NCBI RefSeq assembly: GCF_030028105.1
Contig: NC_092373.1
Location: 138,514,278-138,578,277, forward strand
DNA length: 64,000 nucleotides
Reading direction: 5' to 3'
DNA from: Mobula birostris
Taxonomy: Eukaryota
The notes beneath the pieces are model-generated. The model did no database searches. It had not been told where the DNA came from and worked only from the letters and a program-made list of their open reading frames with translations. Positions 1 to 13,154 of this stretch are shown piece by piece (the first letter of the stretch is position 1; the number at the start of each line of letters is the position of its first letter). The position numbers and the translations under genes are program-made.

Positions 1-1544
1 TTATTGAATTGGGTGCTATATCTCAATACACACCCTTGACTGCCTCCAAGTGTATGTGGATTGCACATACACAATGCCAAGAACAATAATCAAGAAGTGT
101 GCTGCTGGCACAATTGTATTTAGCAATTTAATTTTTGATAAAATGCCATCAAGTGGTGCTCAGAAGTATTGCGGTGCTTGATGGAATAGATTGCTACCCC
201 CTGAAATTAGGGAGATTTTTTCTGGCTGTTCACTTTCAAGAAAGTAATTGATTTTTTATTCCACAAACTTCCACATCAGGCTTCAATCGATAACTTCAGT
301 GGTTTAAAGCTTTCCTTACTGATGTGCAAACAAAGGTTATTTTAATAAAGAATCCATCCTGTTAGCTAAAGTCTTTCAATGGAAAAATTTCTAAAATCCC
401 CCAAAAATTGCTTCCTGAAATGGACATTCAGATCTGAATGACAGCAACAACAACACAGGCTTCTAACTCCACAATTAATCGATTCTGGATGTTTAAATTT
501 GTTGATGTGTTAATGCAAATTTCTTTATTTTGTGTTTTTGAGAATTATTTTAACTATGAATAAATTTCACCAGTTAGTTGCTTATCGCTCATAAAATGTA
601 TCTCCAGGAGCCTTAGTGGCTATATTCTACATACTCAGTATGCAATTTAACATGGTTGAGGTTAATTGTCAGCCCCGGGCTCTGCTCAACCTGCTGGAGC
701 AGAGAACAAAAGACACAGATTTCAAATGAGAAGAGTCACAGTCTGTCATCAAGCCATCTGAAGTGGAAAAAAAAGGTCTTTGCGAAAGTTCAGACCATAA
801 CGAATGACCTGTTGTGGTTCATGAAGGTTAGTAATATATATCAGTTAGTGTGAAGTCATGCTTTGAACTTAATGGTTGCAGGTAGTTTTTTTTTAAAAAA
901 TCCCTTACTAAGAATATGAGGTAAAGGAGGAGAAGAAGCCAACTAAAATAGATAAGCTGATTTGGATGTTGTTCTCCAATGATTTTTATCTCTTTTTCAG
1001 ATATTTAATCACCCTATGTTTCTAGATCTACTTCTTAGCAAAGATAGGTAGTGTATCTTCTATAATCCCATCTTTTGTTTTAATTTACTGAAGCAGGGAG
1101 TGGGGTTTCACTTACAGGTGTCTTCATTCTGCATTACCTGGCTTGGATTATATTGCACACTACAATTTGTAGTGTTCTGGATTTTTGAAAGACACACTGT
1201 TGGCACTCATATGAGAAGCAAACTTTGCTTTACATAATGTGTTATGTCTTTCCTGAGTTGGATTGATGTTTTATTTCTAATTAACAGATCTCACTGCTTA
1301 CACGTGAGTTCAAAGCTGTTGCTGTTTATTGCAAAGTTAAGCAATTAACTTTCTTTATTAGGTCGCAGTTGAAGGAATTTCAACCAATATTTGGATCTAC
1401 CTTTTGTGATAACACTGAGAAGTACCAGCTCCTTGCGTTCTGTAATGTTTTGGTGAATAATAAAACCATCATCAACCACGGCTACGCCGGGACTGGAGTT
1501 ATCTATCTGTCTATCTTAAGAAAACAGGGAAAACTCTTGAGCAA

Positions 1545-1975
1545 GGCAGAATATAATGTCTTCTGTGGTCCCCAGATGTCCTGAAAACCAGCACAGTTCT
1601 TTTGAAGCCTCTTCATTGTGGCAATGTATGAAACTAGGCAGTTAATTTTGCAACACACATCAAAGTTGCTGGTTAATTTTGCAGATAGAAAGTTCCCATG
1701 AACAACAATCTAATGAAGTTGGTTAAATAATCTGCCTTAGTGATATTGGTTACAGATTAAGTATTTGTCAAGACATCAAAAGTGACCTCCCCACTTCTCA
1801 TTGAAGTACATTTACTGATATTTTTATATACGTCCACCTGATTGAAAGATAGTGTTTTAGATTCTAGCATCATCCAAAAGCCAGCAGCTATAACAATACA
1901 ACGCTCACTCAGCATTGAGAGTGAGTCAGTGTTGGAGTGGAAATCTGAGGCTTTGGTTCGAGAAGCTTCAGTGAT
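1545..1975 (-). mobile_element. Old DeuSINE-type (SacSINE1/AmnSINE1-like) SINE relic
   Basis: Degenerate match, by recall, to the reverse complement of the Deu-domain SINE (e.g. ataatctgccttagtgatattggtt, tacgtccacctga, catccaaaagccagcagc, ggagtggaaatctga). Not aligned computationally. Confidence 0.55.
1653..1671 (-). mobile_element. 19-bp Penelope-like terminal micro-insertion with 12-bp TSD
   Basis: gttaattttgca at 1641-1652 and 1672-1683 flanks acacacatcaaagttgctg, which matches the PLE terminus at 31555 (agcaacacacataaaaattgctgg). Confidence 0.7.
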
Positions 1976-2044
1976 GAGGAGCAGGCGAGTAGCCTGCAAG
2001 AACAGATTATTTTTTATAGGTAGTTAACTAACTCGATAAAGTAC

Positions 2045-2929
2045 AGATGCAGTCTTGTCATCTTCAGAAGTTTTCTGATGACTCTGCCATAGTTGGATGC
2101 ATCAGCAAGGGAGATGAGGCTGAGTACAGGGCTACGTTAGGAAACTTTGTCACATGGCGTGAGCAAAATTATCTACAGCTTAATGTGAAAAAGACTAAGG
2201 AGCTGGTGGTAGACCTGAGAAGAGCTAAGGCACCGGTGACCCCTGTTTCCATCCAGGGGGTCAGCGTGGACATGGTGGAGGATTACAAATACCTGGGGAT
2301 ACGAATTGACAATAAACTGGACTGGTCAAAGAACTCTGAGGCTGTCTACAAGAAGGGTCAGAGCCGTCTCTATTTCCTGAGGAGACTGAGGTCCTTTAAC
2401 ATCTGTCGGAAGATGCTGAGGATGTTCTACGAGTCTGTGGTGGCCAGTGCGATCATGTTTGCTGTTGTGTGCTGGGGCAGCAGGCTGGGGTAGCAGACAC
2501 CAACAGAATCAACAAACTCATTCGTAAGGCCAGTGATGTTGTGGGGGTGGAACTGGACTCTCTGACGGTGGTGTCTGAAAAGAGGATGCTATTCAAGTTG
2601 CATGCCATCTTGGACAAAGTCTCCCATCCACTACATAATGTATTATTTGGGCACAGGAGTACATTCAGCCAGTGACTCATTCCACCGAGATGCAACACAG
2701 AACGTCATAGGAAGTCATTCCTGCCTGTGGCCATCAAACTTTACAACTCCTCCCTTGGAGGGTCAGACACCCTGAGCCAATAGGCTGGTCCTGGACTTAT
2801 ATCCTGGCATAATTTACATATTACTATTTAATTACTTATGGTTTTATTACTATTTAATGATTTATGGTGCAACTGTAACGAAAACCAATTTCCCTCAGGA
2901 TCAATAAAGTATGACTATGACTATGACTA
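2045..2929 (+). mobile_element. Rex1/Babar-type LINE, 5'-truncated (RT C-terminal part and 3' UTR)
   Basis: ORFs 2047-2493 and 2469-2675 (CHLQKFSDD, LQLNVKKTKELVVD, YKYLG, LYFLRRLRSF); ends in aataaa plus (ATGACT)n tail; near-identical to 59680-60552. Confidence 0.92.
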
Positions 2930-2984
2930 GGATTAGGTGATGTGTTGTCATTGCATGATGTGGGAGTTGATAGACCCTATTTTC

Positions 2985-4235
2985 AACGCTCAAAGTAAAA
3001 TTTATTATCAGAGTGCATACACATCACCACATACAACCATGAGATTCTTTTCCTGTGGCCATACTTAACAAATCTATAGAACAGCAACTGTAAACAGGAT
3101 CAATAGACAACAAACTGTGCAAATGCAGGTATAATTAACGAGCATGAAATAACCAGATGAAGAGTCCTCAAGGTGAAACCACCAGTTGTGGGAAGACCAG
3201 AAGCAGAATGATTGGACTGTAGTAACTGTTCTTGAACCAGGTGCTGTGAGTCCTGAGACACGTATACCTTCTGCCTGATGGCAACAGTGAGAAAAGAGCA
3301 TGGCCTGGGAGGTGAGGGTCTTTGATAATGGATGTTGCTTTTCAAGGCAACATTTCATGTAGATGTGCCCAAGGGTGGGGAGGGCTTTATCTGTGATATG
3401 CTGGGCTGAATCCACTACCTTTTGTCGGGTTTTTCACTCAAAGGCATTACTGTTCCCATACAAGGCTGTGATGCAGCCAGTCAGCATACTTTCCAGCACA
3501 TGCTTATAAAAGTTTGCCAAGGTTTTTTACTGACATGCCAAATCTCCGCAGACTCCTGAAGAAGTAGAGGCACTGTTGTGCTTTCTTTGCAATAATATTT
3601 ATATAATGGGTCCAGGACAGTTCCTCTGAGATAGTGACACCCAGGAATTTAAAGTTACTGACCCTCTCCATCTCTGATTCTCTGATGAGTACTAGCTCAC
3701 GGGCCTCTGATTTCCCTCTCCCGAAGTCTACAATCATTTCCATGGTCTTATTGACATTGAGTGAGAGGTTGTTGTTGTTATTACACCACTCAGCCAATTT
3801 TTCAGTCTCTCTCCTGTATGCTGATTCATCACCATCATTGAGACAGCCCACATCATGAGTGTCATCAGTAAATTTGTATATGGTGTTGGAGCTTTACTTT
3901 GTTACACAGTCATAGTTGTAAAGCAAATAAAGCAGGGGGCTAAACACACATCCCAGTGGAGCTGCTGTTCTGATGAAGACTGTGGAGGAGATGTTTGTGC
4001 CAATCATAACTGACTGGGGATCCAATTGCACAAGTGGGTATTGACGCCCGAGTCTTGGAGTTTACTGATTAGTTTTGAGGGTATGATGGTATTAAATGCT
4101 GAATTGTAATCAATAAAGAGCATCCTGATATATGCATCTTTGCTGCTCAGGGTTGAGTGAAGAGCCAATGAAATGGCATCAGCTGTGGATCTGTTGCTTT
4201 GGGAGGCGAATTCGAGCAGATCCAAGCTGCCACTC
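2985..4235 (-). mobile_element. Rex1/Babar-type LINE fragment, frameshifted
   Basis: ORFs 4004-4225 ([16 protein letters not shown]), 3504-3851 (LSLNVNKTMEMIVDF, FKFLGV) and 3074-3415; 3' UTR with aataaa near 3001. Confidence 0.85.
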
Positions 4236-4329
4236 AGTCACCACTGTTTTGGTTCCTGGTGACCACATCTGTCACAAGTTTTGGCTGATCGCGGTACTCC
4301 GACTCAAGTAAATGAAGACACAGAAAGAG

Positions 4330-6657
4330 ATGAGAACTGCTGCATCTAGTTTTCTCTGACATGTGGCTAAACAACTTATCCAGCTCAGCATTTCAACTCA
4401 ACAGATGACTCTGTTCTGTGCAGACAGAAACTCACTGTCAGGAACATCCAAAGGAGGTGAAGTCGATGTGTACATTAACAAAGTTTGGTGCATAAACTCA
4501 TCTGTCATTAGCAGACACTGTTCTGGGGCTATTGAACATGTCACAATTAAATGCTGGCCTCAGGCAGTTTATTACCACTGTCTACATCCCCCCGAGTGCA
4601 AACGCAAAGGACACACTGGTAGCATTTTACGGTGTCATCAACTCTCTACAAAACAAGCATCCAGACAGTCTCTTCATAATTGCAGGAGATCTCAATCATG
4701 TTAACCTGAAGGACGTTTTACCCAAATTTCTCCATGAACAGCAGGAGACAAGCAGACTCGATCATGTGTATATAAGCAGATAGGGTACTTACAGAGTCAT
4801 CCCATGCCCTCACCTTGGCCTCCCCGACCACATCTCCATGATGCTAATCCTAGCATACTCACCTGTGCTGAAAACGGTGAAACCAGTCAAGAGGATCATC
4901 ACTGCATGGTTTACTCAAGCAATCTCTATGCTTCTGTACTGTTTTGAATGGACTATCTGGCAGATGTACAAGGAAACCAACACAAACGGAGAAGACATAG
5001 ACCTCAACGAATACACCTCATCTGCCATCGGCAACATCAGTAAGGGTGTTGACGATGTTGGCACCTCAAAAACAGACATCTCACAGCCCGATCAGAAGCC
5101 CTAGCTGAATGTTGAGATGCGCTTCTACTAAAAGTCTAGGACACTGACTTTCAGTCTGGTGATAAAACAACTCTCAGAACAGCCAGGAGAAACCTAATCT
5201 TGGGCATCAAGGGGGCCAAGACTGCCTACGCTCAACACCTGTCCGATAATGATCCTTAGTATATGTGGCTGAGTGTCTAGAGAATTATTGACTACGCAAG
5301 GATCAGCTGTACCAGTGATGCCTCCCTCCCTGACATTCTAAACATCTTCTATGCATGCTTCGAGGCATACAACACAACGTTGCCCATGAATGCTATCTCT
5401 TTCTCAGGTGAGCAGCCACTGTCAGGAACAGCAGCAGATGTGAGAAGGACTCTGCAGAGAGTCAACCTCCACAAGGAGGCCGGGCCTGCCACCATCCCAG
5501 GATGAGTAGTCAGGAAGTGAGCACATTAGCTCTCCGACTTCTTCACGGTAATCTTCAACACATTACACATTCAGCATGCTGTCCCCACATGCTTCAAATC
5601 AACCACTATCATCCCTGTACACCTTCAAAATTAAATGAATACTGCTCGGTGGCACTGACACCAATCATCATGAAGTGCTTTGAATGGCTGGTGATGATAT
5701 ATGTATATATATATATCAAAAACTCCATTCCTGCTACATTGGACACACACTCACCAGTATGACCAGTATGTTTACTGAGGTCATAGCATCTGTCATGCAC
5801 CTGGCCCTGACGCACCCAGAAAACACTTACGTCAGAATGCTGTTTCTGGATTTCAGTTTAGCATTGAACACTGTGGTCCAACAGTCTTTGTGAACCAACT
5901 CCTACTCCTCGGTCTACGTGCACCACTGAGCAACTGAGAGTTGGACTTCCCAACCAACACACCTCAGGAGGCACAATTGCCCCTCTCTCCCCATCATCCT
6001 CAAAATGGGTGTGCCCCAGGGCTGTGTGCTGAGCCCATTGCTGTACACTGTGTTCACACGACTGCTCCACCAAACACCTGAGCAATCAAATCGTCAAGTT
6101 CACTAATGGCACGATAGTTATGGGGCTCATCTCCGACAATGATGAGACATCCTTCAGAGAGAAGGTGGAAGAGCTCATGGTCTGGTGCCAGGCAAATAAC
6201 TTTTTCCTCAATGTCAACAAGACAACAGAGATGGTTATTGATTGCAGGAGAACTCACACCACTCACACCCCCTCTTTACACTAACGACACAGCAGTGGAA
6301 ACTGCAGGTAGTTTCAAGATCCTGGGAGTGCACATCACACACAAGCTCCCATGCACATCTCATGGCTCCAGAACACATCACATACAATCAGGAAGCTCAC
6401 CAATGCCTTTACTTTCTGAGGAGGCTGAAGAGAGCTGGACTATGTACATCTATACTCACATCATTCTACAGATGTGCAGTAGAGAGCATCTTAACAAGCT
6501 GCATCACTGCATGGTATGGAAACTGCACTGCAACAGTAGAAGGGCTCTATAAAGGGTAGTCAAAACTGCCCAAGGCATCACTGGCACCAGTCTACCCAAT
6601 ATCAAGGACATGTATACAAAAAGGAGCTGGAAAAGGGTCAATAACATCATGATGGAT
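4330..6657 (+). mobile_element. Long decayed Rex1/Babar-type LINE (APE endonuclease plus RT)
   Basis: APE motifs GGEVDVYINKVWC, VYIPPSANA, IIAGDLNH, LDHVY; RT motifs VALTPIIMKCFE, VRMLFLDFS, LYFLRRLKRAGL; many stops and frameshifts. Confidence 0.85.
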
Positions 6658-6664
6658 CTCTGGA

Positions 6665-9105
6665 ATAGTATCATAGAGTTTAGTGCACAACAGACAGAAA
6701 CAGGCCCCTTAGCCCATATAGTCTATGCCAAACTATTATTGTGCCTTGTCCCACCAACCTGCACCCAGACCATATCCTCTATACCCTTCCCATCCATGTA
6801 CCTATCCAAAGTACTCTTAAATGTTGCAATCAAACCACTTCCACTGGCAGTTCCCCCACATATTTCCCTTAACCATTTCAGTTTCAGCCTTTTCCTATGA
6901 CCTCAAGTTCTAGTCTCACCCACCCAACTTTATTAGAAAAACCCTGCTTGCATTTACTCTATCCATACCCCTAATAATTTTTTATACCTCCATCAAATCT
7001 CCCCTCATCCTCCTAAGCTCCACGGCATAAAGTCGTAGCCTATTCAGCCTTTCCCTATAACTCAGGTCCTCAAGTCCCAACAACATCCTTATAAATTTTC
7101 TTGAAGCTCTTTCAATTTTATTAACCTCGTTGCTGTAACTAGGTGACCAGAATCAGAATACTCAAAATTAGGCCTCACTAACATCTTATACAACATTACA
7201 TTCATCTCCTGTACTCAGTACTTTGATTTGTAAAGGCCAATGTGCCAAATGTTCTCTCTACAGCCCTATATGATGCCTGTTTCTGTATTCCCAGATCCCT
7301 CAACTCTATTGCACTCCAAAATGCCCTATCACTCGCTGTGTATGTCCAATCCTGGTTTGTCCTCCCAAGTGCAACACCTCACACTTGCCTGCATTAAGTT
7401 CCATCTGTCATCTTTCAGCCCATTTTTCCAACTGATCCAGATCCCCTGCAAACTCTGATAGTCTCCCTCACTGTCCTCTACACCCCCAGGCTTGGTGTCA
7501 TCACTGATCTAATTTACCATATTGTAATCCAGATCATTGATACAGATGAGAAACAACAACAGACCAGGGTTGCCTCTCTGACTGGTGGTGATCCCTGTGG
7601 CACACCACCAGTCAGAGAGGCAACCACCGATTACTTCTCTCTGGCTGTTTCTGTGAATCCAATGTCTAATCCAATTTACTACCTGTTCCTGAATGCCAAA
7701 CAACTGAAACTTCTTGACCAACTTTCCACGCGGGACCACGTCAAAAGCCTTGCTAAAGTCCGTGTAGGCAACATCTACTGGTTTTCCTTCACCAACGTTC
7801 TTGCTAACTTCATCAAAAACTCTATAAGAAAAGTTAGACACAACCTACCATGCACAAAACAATGTTGACTATCCCTAATTAGTTCCTGCCTATTCAAATA
7901 CTTACACTGAATATTCAGTCCCTTAGAAAACATTCCAATAACTTACCCACTACTGATGTCAGGCTTACTGGTTTATAATTTCCTGGCTTACTCTTAGAGC
8001 TTATCTTAAACAATGGAACAACATTAGCTATTGTCTAACCCTCTGGAACCTCACCCATGTACCAAACTCAATTTTCATACCTCCAGTAGGGCCTCTGCAT
8101 AGCCTCCAATAGGGTCTTGAGGGAACACTCTGTCAGGCCCTGGGGATTTATCTGTCCTAATTTTCCTCAAGACAGCAAGCACCTCCTCGTCTGAACTCTG
8201 TATATGGTCCACGTCTTCACTGTTGTTTTGCCTCTACCTCTGTAGACTCTGTGTCCATTTCCCAAGTAAGTACAGATGCAAAAAAAATCTATTTAAGATC
8301 TTCTCCATCTCTTTCAGCTCCATGTATAGATAACCACTCTGAACTTCAAGAGGACCAATTTTATCCTTTGTTCTCCCTTTGCTCTTAATAAGTATTTCTG
8401 TAGAATTCCTTGGGATTCTCCTTTACCTTGTCAGCTGGAGCAACATCTTTCCTTCTTTTCACTCTCTTGATTTTCTTCTTAATTTTTCTTTTGCATTTCT
8501 TATAGTCCTGAAGTACCTCCTTTGTTCCTTACTGTCTATACTTGCTATGCACCTCCTTCTTCTTCTTCTTAACCAGGGCTTCATTATCTCTCAAAAACCA
8601 AGGTTCCATAAACCTGTTACCCTTGCCTTTTATTCTGACAGGAAGATATAAACTCTGTACTGTCAAAATTTCATTTCTGAAGGCTTGCCTCTTACCAACC
8701 ACACCTTTGCTTGAAAACAACCTGTCCCAATTCACGCTTGCCAGATCCTTATTTGATACTAACAAAATTGGCCTTATTCCTATCTAGAATCTCAACCTGA
8801 GGACGAGACCTATGCTTCTCCATAATTATCTTTGAAATTAATTGCATTATGCTCACAAGATCCAAAGTATTTCCCAGGCACACTTCCGTCCCCTGTTCTG
8901 TCTCATCCCCTAATAGGAGCTTCAATATATCACTCACTCTAGTTATATTGATTGAGGAAACTTCCATGAACACATTTGACAAACGCAATCCAATACAGCC
9001 CTCTTACTGTATAGAAGTTCCACACAATTTGTTGGATGTTAAAATCACCTACTATCACAACCTTATTTTTCTCGCAACTGCCTGCAATCGCTCTACAAAT
9101 TTATG
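6665..9105 (-). mobile_element. CR1 LINE, decayed (part of APE, RT and 3' UTR)
   Basis: ORF 7509-7841 (VDVAYTDFSKAFDVVP); KVVIVGDF near 9040-9070 on the minus strand; CR1-type 3' end near 6670. Confidence 0.88.
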
Positions 9106-9109
9106 ACTG

Positions 9110-11155
9110 ATCCATTTCCCTGTCAACCCTAATCTCCTGCCTTCTCCCTATCACTCCTGCATTAAATATGCCCAATGACATTTCCTGCACACCTGCCTGT
9201 GGCAAAGAATTCCACAGGTTCACAACCCCTGGCTACAGAAATTACTGCTCACCTCCATTCTAAATAGATGTCCCTTTATTCTGAGGCTATGTCTCCTGGT
9301 CTTAGACTCCCTTATCATAGGAAAATCCTCTCCACAGCTACTCTATGAACATTTGATAGGTTTCAAAGAGATACACCATCATTCTTCTGAATTCTAGTGA
9401 ATCCAGGTCCCGAACCATCAAACACTCCTCATATGATAAGCATGAACCTCCTTTGAGCTCTCTCTGATGTCAGTACACCCTTGGATATGGGGCACAAAAC
9501 TGCTCACAATACTCCAAGTGAGGCCTCACCAGTACCTTATAAAGCCTTAACATTACATCCTTGCATTCATGTTCTAATCCTCTCAAATGAATGCTAACAT
9601 TGCATTTGCCTACCTCACCACCAACTCACTAACATTTAGGGAACCCTGCACCTTTTACCTCAGATTTTTTGAACTTTCTCTCCATTTAGAAAATTACTTT
9701 TATTTATTTATGACCATACACTTCCCGACACTGTATTCCATCTGCCACTTCTTTGCCAATCCTCCTAATCTGTTTAATTCCTTCTTAGCCTCTCTGTTTC
9801 TTCAACACTACCTGCCCCTCTCCCTATCTCTGTATTGTCTGCAAACTTGGCCACAAACCCATCAGTACCATCATCCAAATCATTGACATACTGTATAAGG
9901 TAAAAAGAAGTGGTCCCAACACAGACCCCTGAGGAACATCACCAGTCACTGACAGCCGACCTGAAAAGACTCCCTTTATTCCCACTTTTTGCCTCCTGCC
10001 AATCAGCCACTGCTTTATCCAATCTTTCCTGTAATACCTTGACTCTTAATTTCTTAAGAAGTCTCATGTGTGGCGCCTTGCCAAAGGCTTTCTGACAATC
10101 CAAGTACACACCATCCACCAATTCTCCTTTGTCTATCTTGCATGTTATTTCTTCAAAGAAATCCAACAGATTTGTCAAGAAAGATTTTCCCTTAAGGAAA
10201 CCATGCTGACTTTGGCCTAGTTTATCATGAGACTCCAAATACCCTAAAACCGCATCTTTAACAATCGATCTGAACATCTTCCCAACCACTGAGGTCAGAG
10301 TAACTGGCCTATAATTTCCCTTCTTCTGCCTCTCTTTCTTCTTCCAGAGTGGAGTGACACTGGCAATTTTCTGTTCCTCTGGAACCTGTCCAGAATCCAT
10401 TGATTCTTGAAAGATCATTACTAATGCCACTACAATTTCTTCAGCCACCTCTTTCAGAAGCCTAGCGTGCAGACCAGCTGGTCCAGGTGATTTATCTACC
10501 TTAAAACCTTTCAGTTTCCCAAGCATCTTCTCCTTAGTAATGGCAACTTCACTCACTTTTGCCCCATGACACTCTCAAACATCTGGCATACTGCTAGTGC
10601 CTTCCACAGTGAAGACTGATGCTAAATACTTATTTGGTTCACCTGCCATTTCCTTGTCCCCCATTACTAACATTCCAGCATCATTTTCCACTCGTCCTTC
10701 ATCTACTCTTTCCTTTATTTTACACTTTGTATCTCTGAAGAAACTCTTAGTATCCTCTTTAATACCTTCATATTCTATCTTTTCCCTCTTTATGACTTTT
10801 TTAGCTGCCTTCCATTAGTTTTTAAAAGCTTCCCAAGCCCCTAATTTTCCATTAAGTTTTGCTCTACTATATGCTCTCCCTCTGGCTTTTATATATTCTC
10901 TCTTCTCAACCCATGGTTACATCATCCTGCCTTTAGAATACTTCTTCTTTTCTGGGATGTATCTATCCTGTACTTTCAAGATGCTCCCAGAAACTCCAGC
11001 CATTGTTGCTCCAATTTCATCCCTGCTAACATTGCCTTCCAATCAATTTTGGCCAGCTCCTGGTCTCCTCCCTCTGTAATTCCCTTTACTCTACTGTAAT
11101 ACTGATACATCTGAACTTAGTTTCTCTTCCTCAAATTGCAGAGTGAATTCTATTA
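9110..11155 (-). mobile_element. Second CR1 LINE fragment abutting the first
   Basis: ORF 9939-10556 (KSPGPAGLHARLLKE, NYRPVTLTSVVGK, SQHGFLKGKS, YLDCQKAFGK). Confidence 0.88.
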
Positions 11156-11274
11156 CTTTGTCTCCATTGAAATAAGCATTGTAGATTTGTCATTTTCTTG
11201 TCCTTGACAATTAAGGGAGAAAAGACTTCTCGGTATTGCGGTCGTAAGTACCTATATTTTACAGACACATGTAG

Positions 11275-11425
11275 ACACACCAGTGGGATGTGGGACAAAA
11301 CTAGAGCATCTGGAGGAGGTCTATACGGCTGCAGGGAGAATATGCAAACTCCCACTGACAACGCCGCTGATCAGGATTAAACCCTAGTTGGAGCTGTGAA
11401 GCAGAGGATCGTGCCACCGTGCCCC
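11275..11425 (-). mobile_element. tRNA-derived V-SINE/HE1-like SINE 5' fragment
   Basis: Minus strand reads gggagtttgcatattctccctgcagcc...ctccagatgctctagttttgtcccaca, resembling the V-SINE central domain. Confidence 0.62.
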
Positions 11426-11449
11426 CTCATATTTTCTCAGTGTTTTATG

Positions 11450-11640
11450 CACAGCTTCTTTCCCTCTGCCTCTGAACAAACCATGAACCCATGAACCCTA
11501 CTTTGTTATTCCCCTGTTGAACTAGTTTTTGTAATTTATAGTAATGTTTATATCTCGCACTGTACTGCTGACACAAAAACAACACATTTCACAATAGATG
11601 TCAAAGATAGTGAACTTGATTCTGGTTCCTATTCTGATTA
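11450..11640 (+). mobile_element. Rex1-type LINE 3' UTR relic
   Basis: cagcttctttccctctgcc...gcactgtactgctg...tgattctg tail resembles the 3' end at 30610-30890. Confidence 0.5.
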
Positions 11641-11859
11641 TCAGTGCTGAATTTGTGTCACTATGTTTCTCTTCTGGGAGGAAGGTGAACAACTATAGGG
11701 TGTCAATGGGTATGACGTGCACTTGCATTTGAACATAATAGGGAACAGAGTATCAACAGTCTGCCTTACTTTTCACACAATTTTCACTTCCACTGACTTC
11801 TGAAAAGTAGTTAAACATTAGCTAAACAAAGATGTTTCCTCTAGGATGTCTTTTTCCCA

Positions 11860-12160
11860 TATTAAAGAGCACACATTTAAAGAAATAGGGTAAGTGGAGA
11901 GGAGATGAGTAGGGTAAGTTTCTCACACAAAGAGTTTTGAGTGCCAGGAATGTGTTGTCAGGGATGGTAGTGGAGGGAAATGCAATGGAGGCATTTAAGA
12001 GACTCTCAGAGAGTCTCATGAATGTGCAGAGAATGAAGGGATCTAGACATTTTGTAGGCAGTGGGGAATAGTTTAGATAGGCGTTGAATTACAAGATTAA
12101 TTCGCTCAGTGTGACATCATAGGCCAAAGAACCTGCTTCTGTGCTGTACTGTTCTATGTC
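11860..12160 (+). mobile_element. CR1 3'-end fragment
   Basis: cacacaaagagttttgagtgccaggaa...gcatttaagagactctcaga...ggccaaagaacctgcttctgtgctgtactgttctatg is a CR1 terminus. Confidence 0.75.
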
Positions 12161-13154
12161 TGATCAGTTATCCAGCTCCTGACAATATATTCCCTCTTGA
12201 TTCACTTTTGCGTTTGAATGAGTTCTGCCTTTTCAAGGATGGGCCTTTGATGACTGTGTTTCCTATTCACAATATTTTTCTATATTACACATCCTAAATT
12301 TCTAATACATTGAAGTTATTCTATCTTTCTGTCAAGTATTTATTCCTTAAAGTATTGATGAATCATGGAGATTATTTCTACCTTTGCAGATGTTACCTTG
12401 TGAGATTATTTTCACTACAACAGGTTTATGTAGATATCTCTATTAGAAGAAATTCAATCTTCCATTCAATTTTATAGAATGCATGTACAATAGTACACTG
12501 AGAATTGCATTTATTTTATGGAAATGCTGCATGTAAAGTGATGTAATATGTAATCTATCTCAAGTTAACATTTTTGTTTTTGATATTTGAACGGAGCAGC
12601 TGATATGATCTCATGCATATTGTCATTGGGACTGCTGGATATAGAAGTCAAATGGTGTTTCCTTACTTTTATGTCCATGGAATATAAGGCTTATCCTCTA
12701 TTAAGATGATATCAATTTTATTTGAGGAAGGTAGAGGAGAAGGAACCACTGCCATCCTAGTTTTCCATTCATTTGAAGATTACCTTGACAATAACAGATC
12801 TTCTGAACTTTGTGTGCCTTATCAGTTCATTCTTGGGACACTTCAATATTCATTATCTTTTCCTTTCCAGTTTTCATCTCATACCCTTAATTCATATTGA
12901 GGTACTAGTGCATGGGCACAGCTGAGCTTCCTCTTCACTGGTGGCTGCAAACATTGAGTGGCAATAGGTTATTCAACCACTTCAACACACCTGTGATTAA
13001 GCCTTTTATCATTTAATATGCAATTAGCTAAATAAAATTCCTACGACCACTTGAAAAAATGTTGGCCTAAACTTTCAGTACAAATTTCCCACCATCTAAG
13101 GTTAATAATCATTCAGGATTCAAGGAGATTCGGAATAAATGTCCAAATCAAATG

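Noticed and set aside
142-160. CTCF-like motif gccatcaagtggtgc
   Set aside because: Mismatch at the conserved AG core; not supportable without ChIP data.
983-1053. Possible 47-nt plus-strand exon (tttttcag|...atag|gtagtg)
   Set aside because: Weak donor and unrecognised peptide; such sites are common in T-rich DNA.
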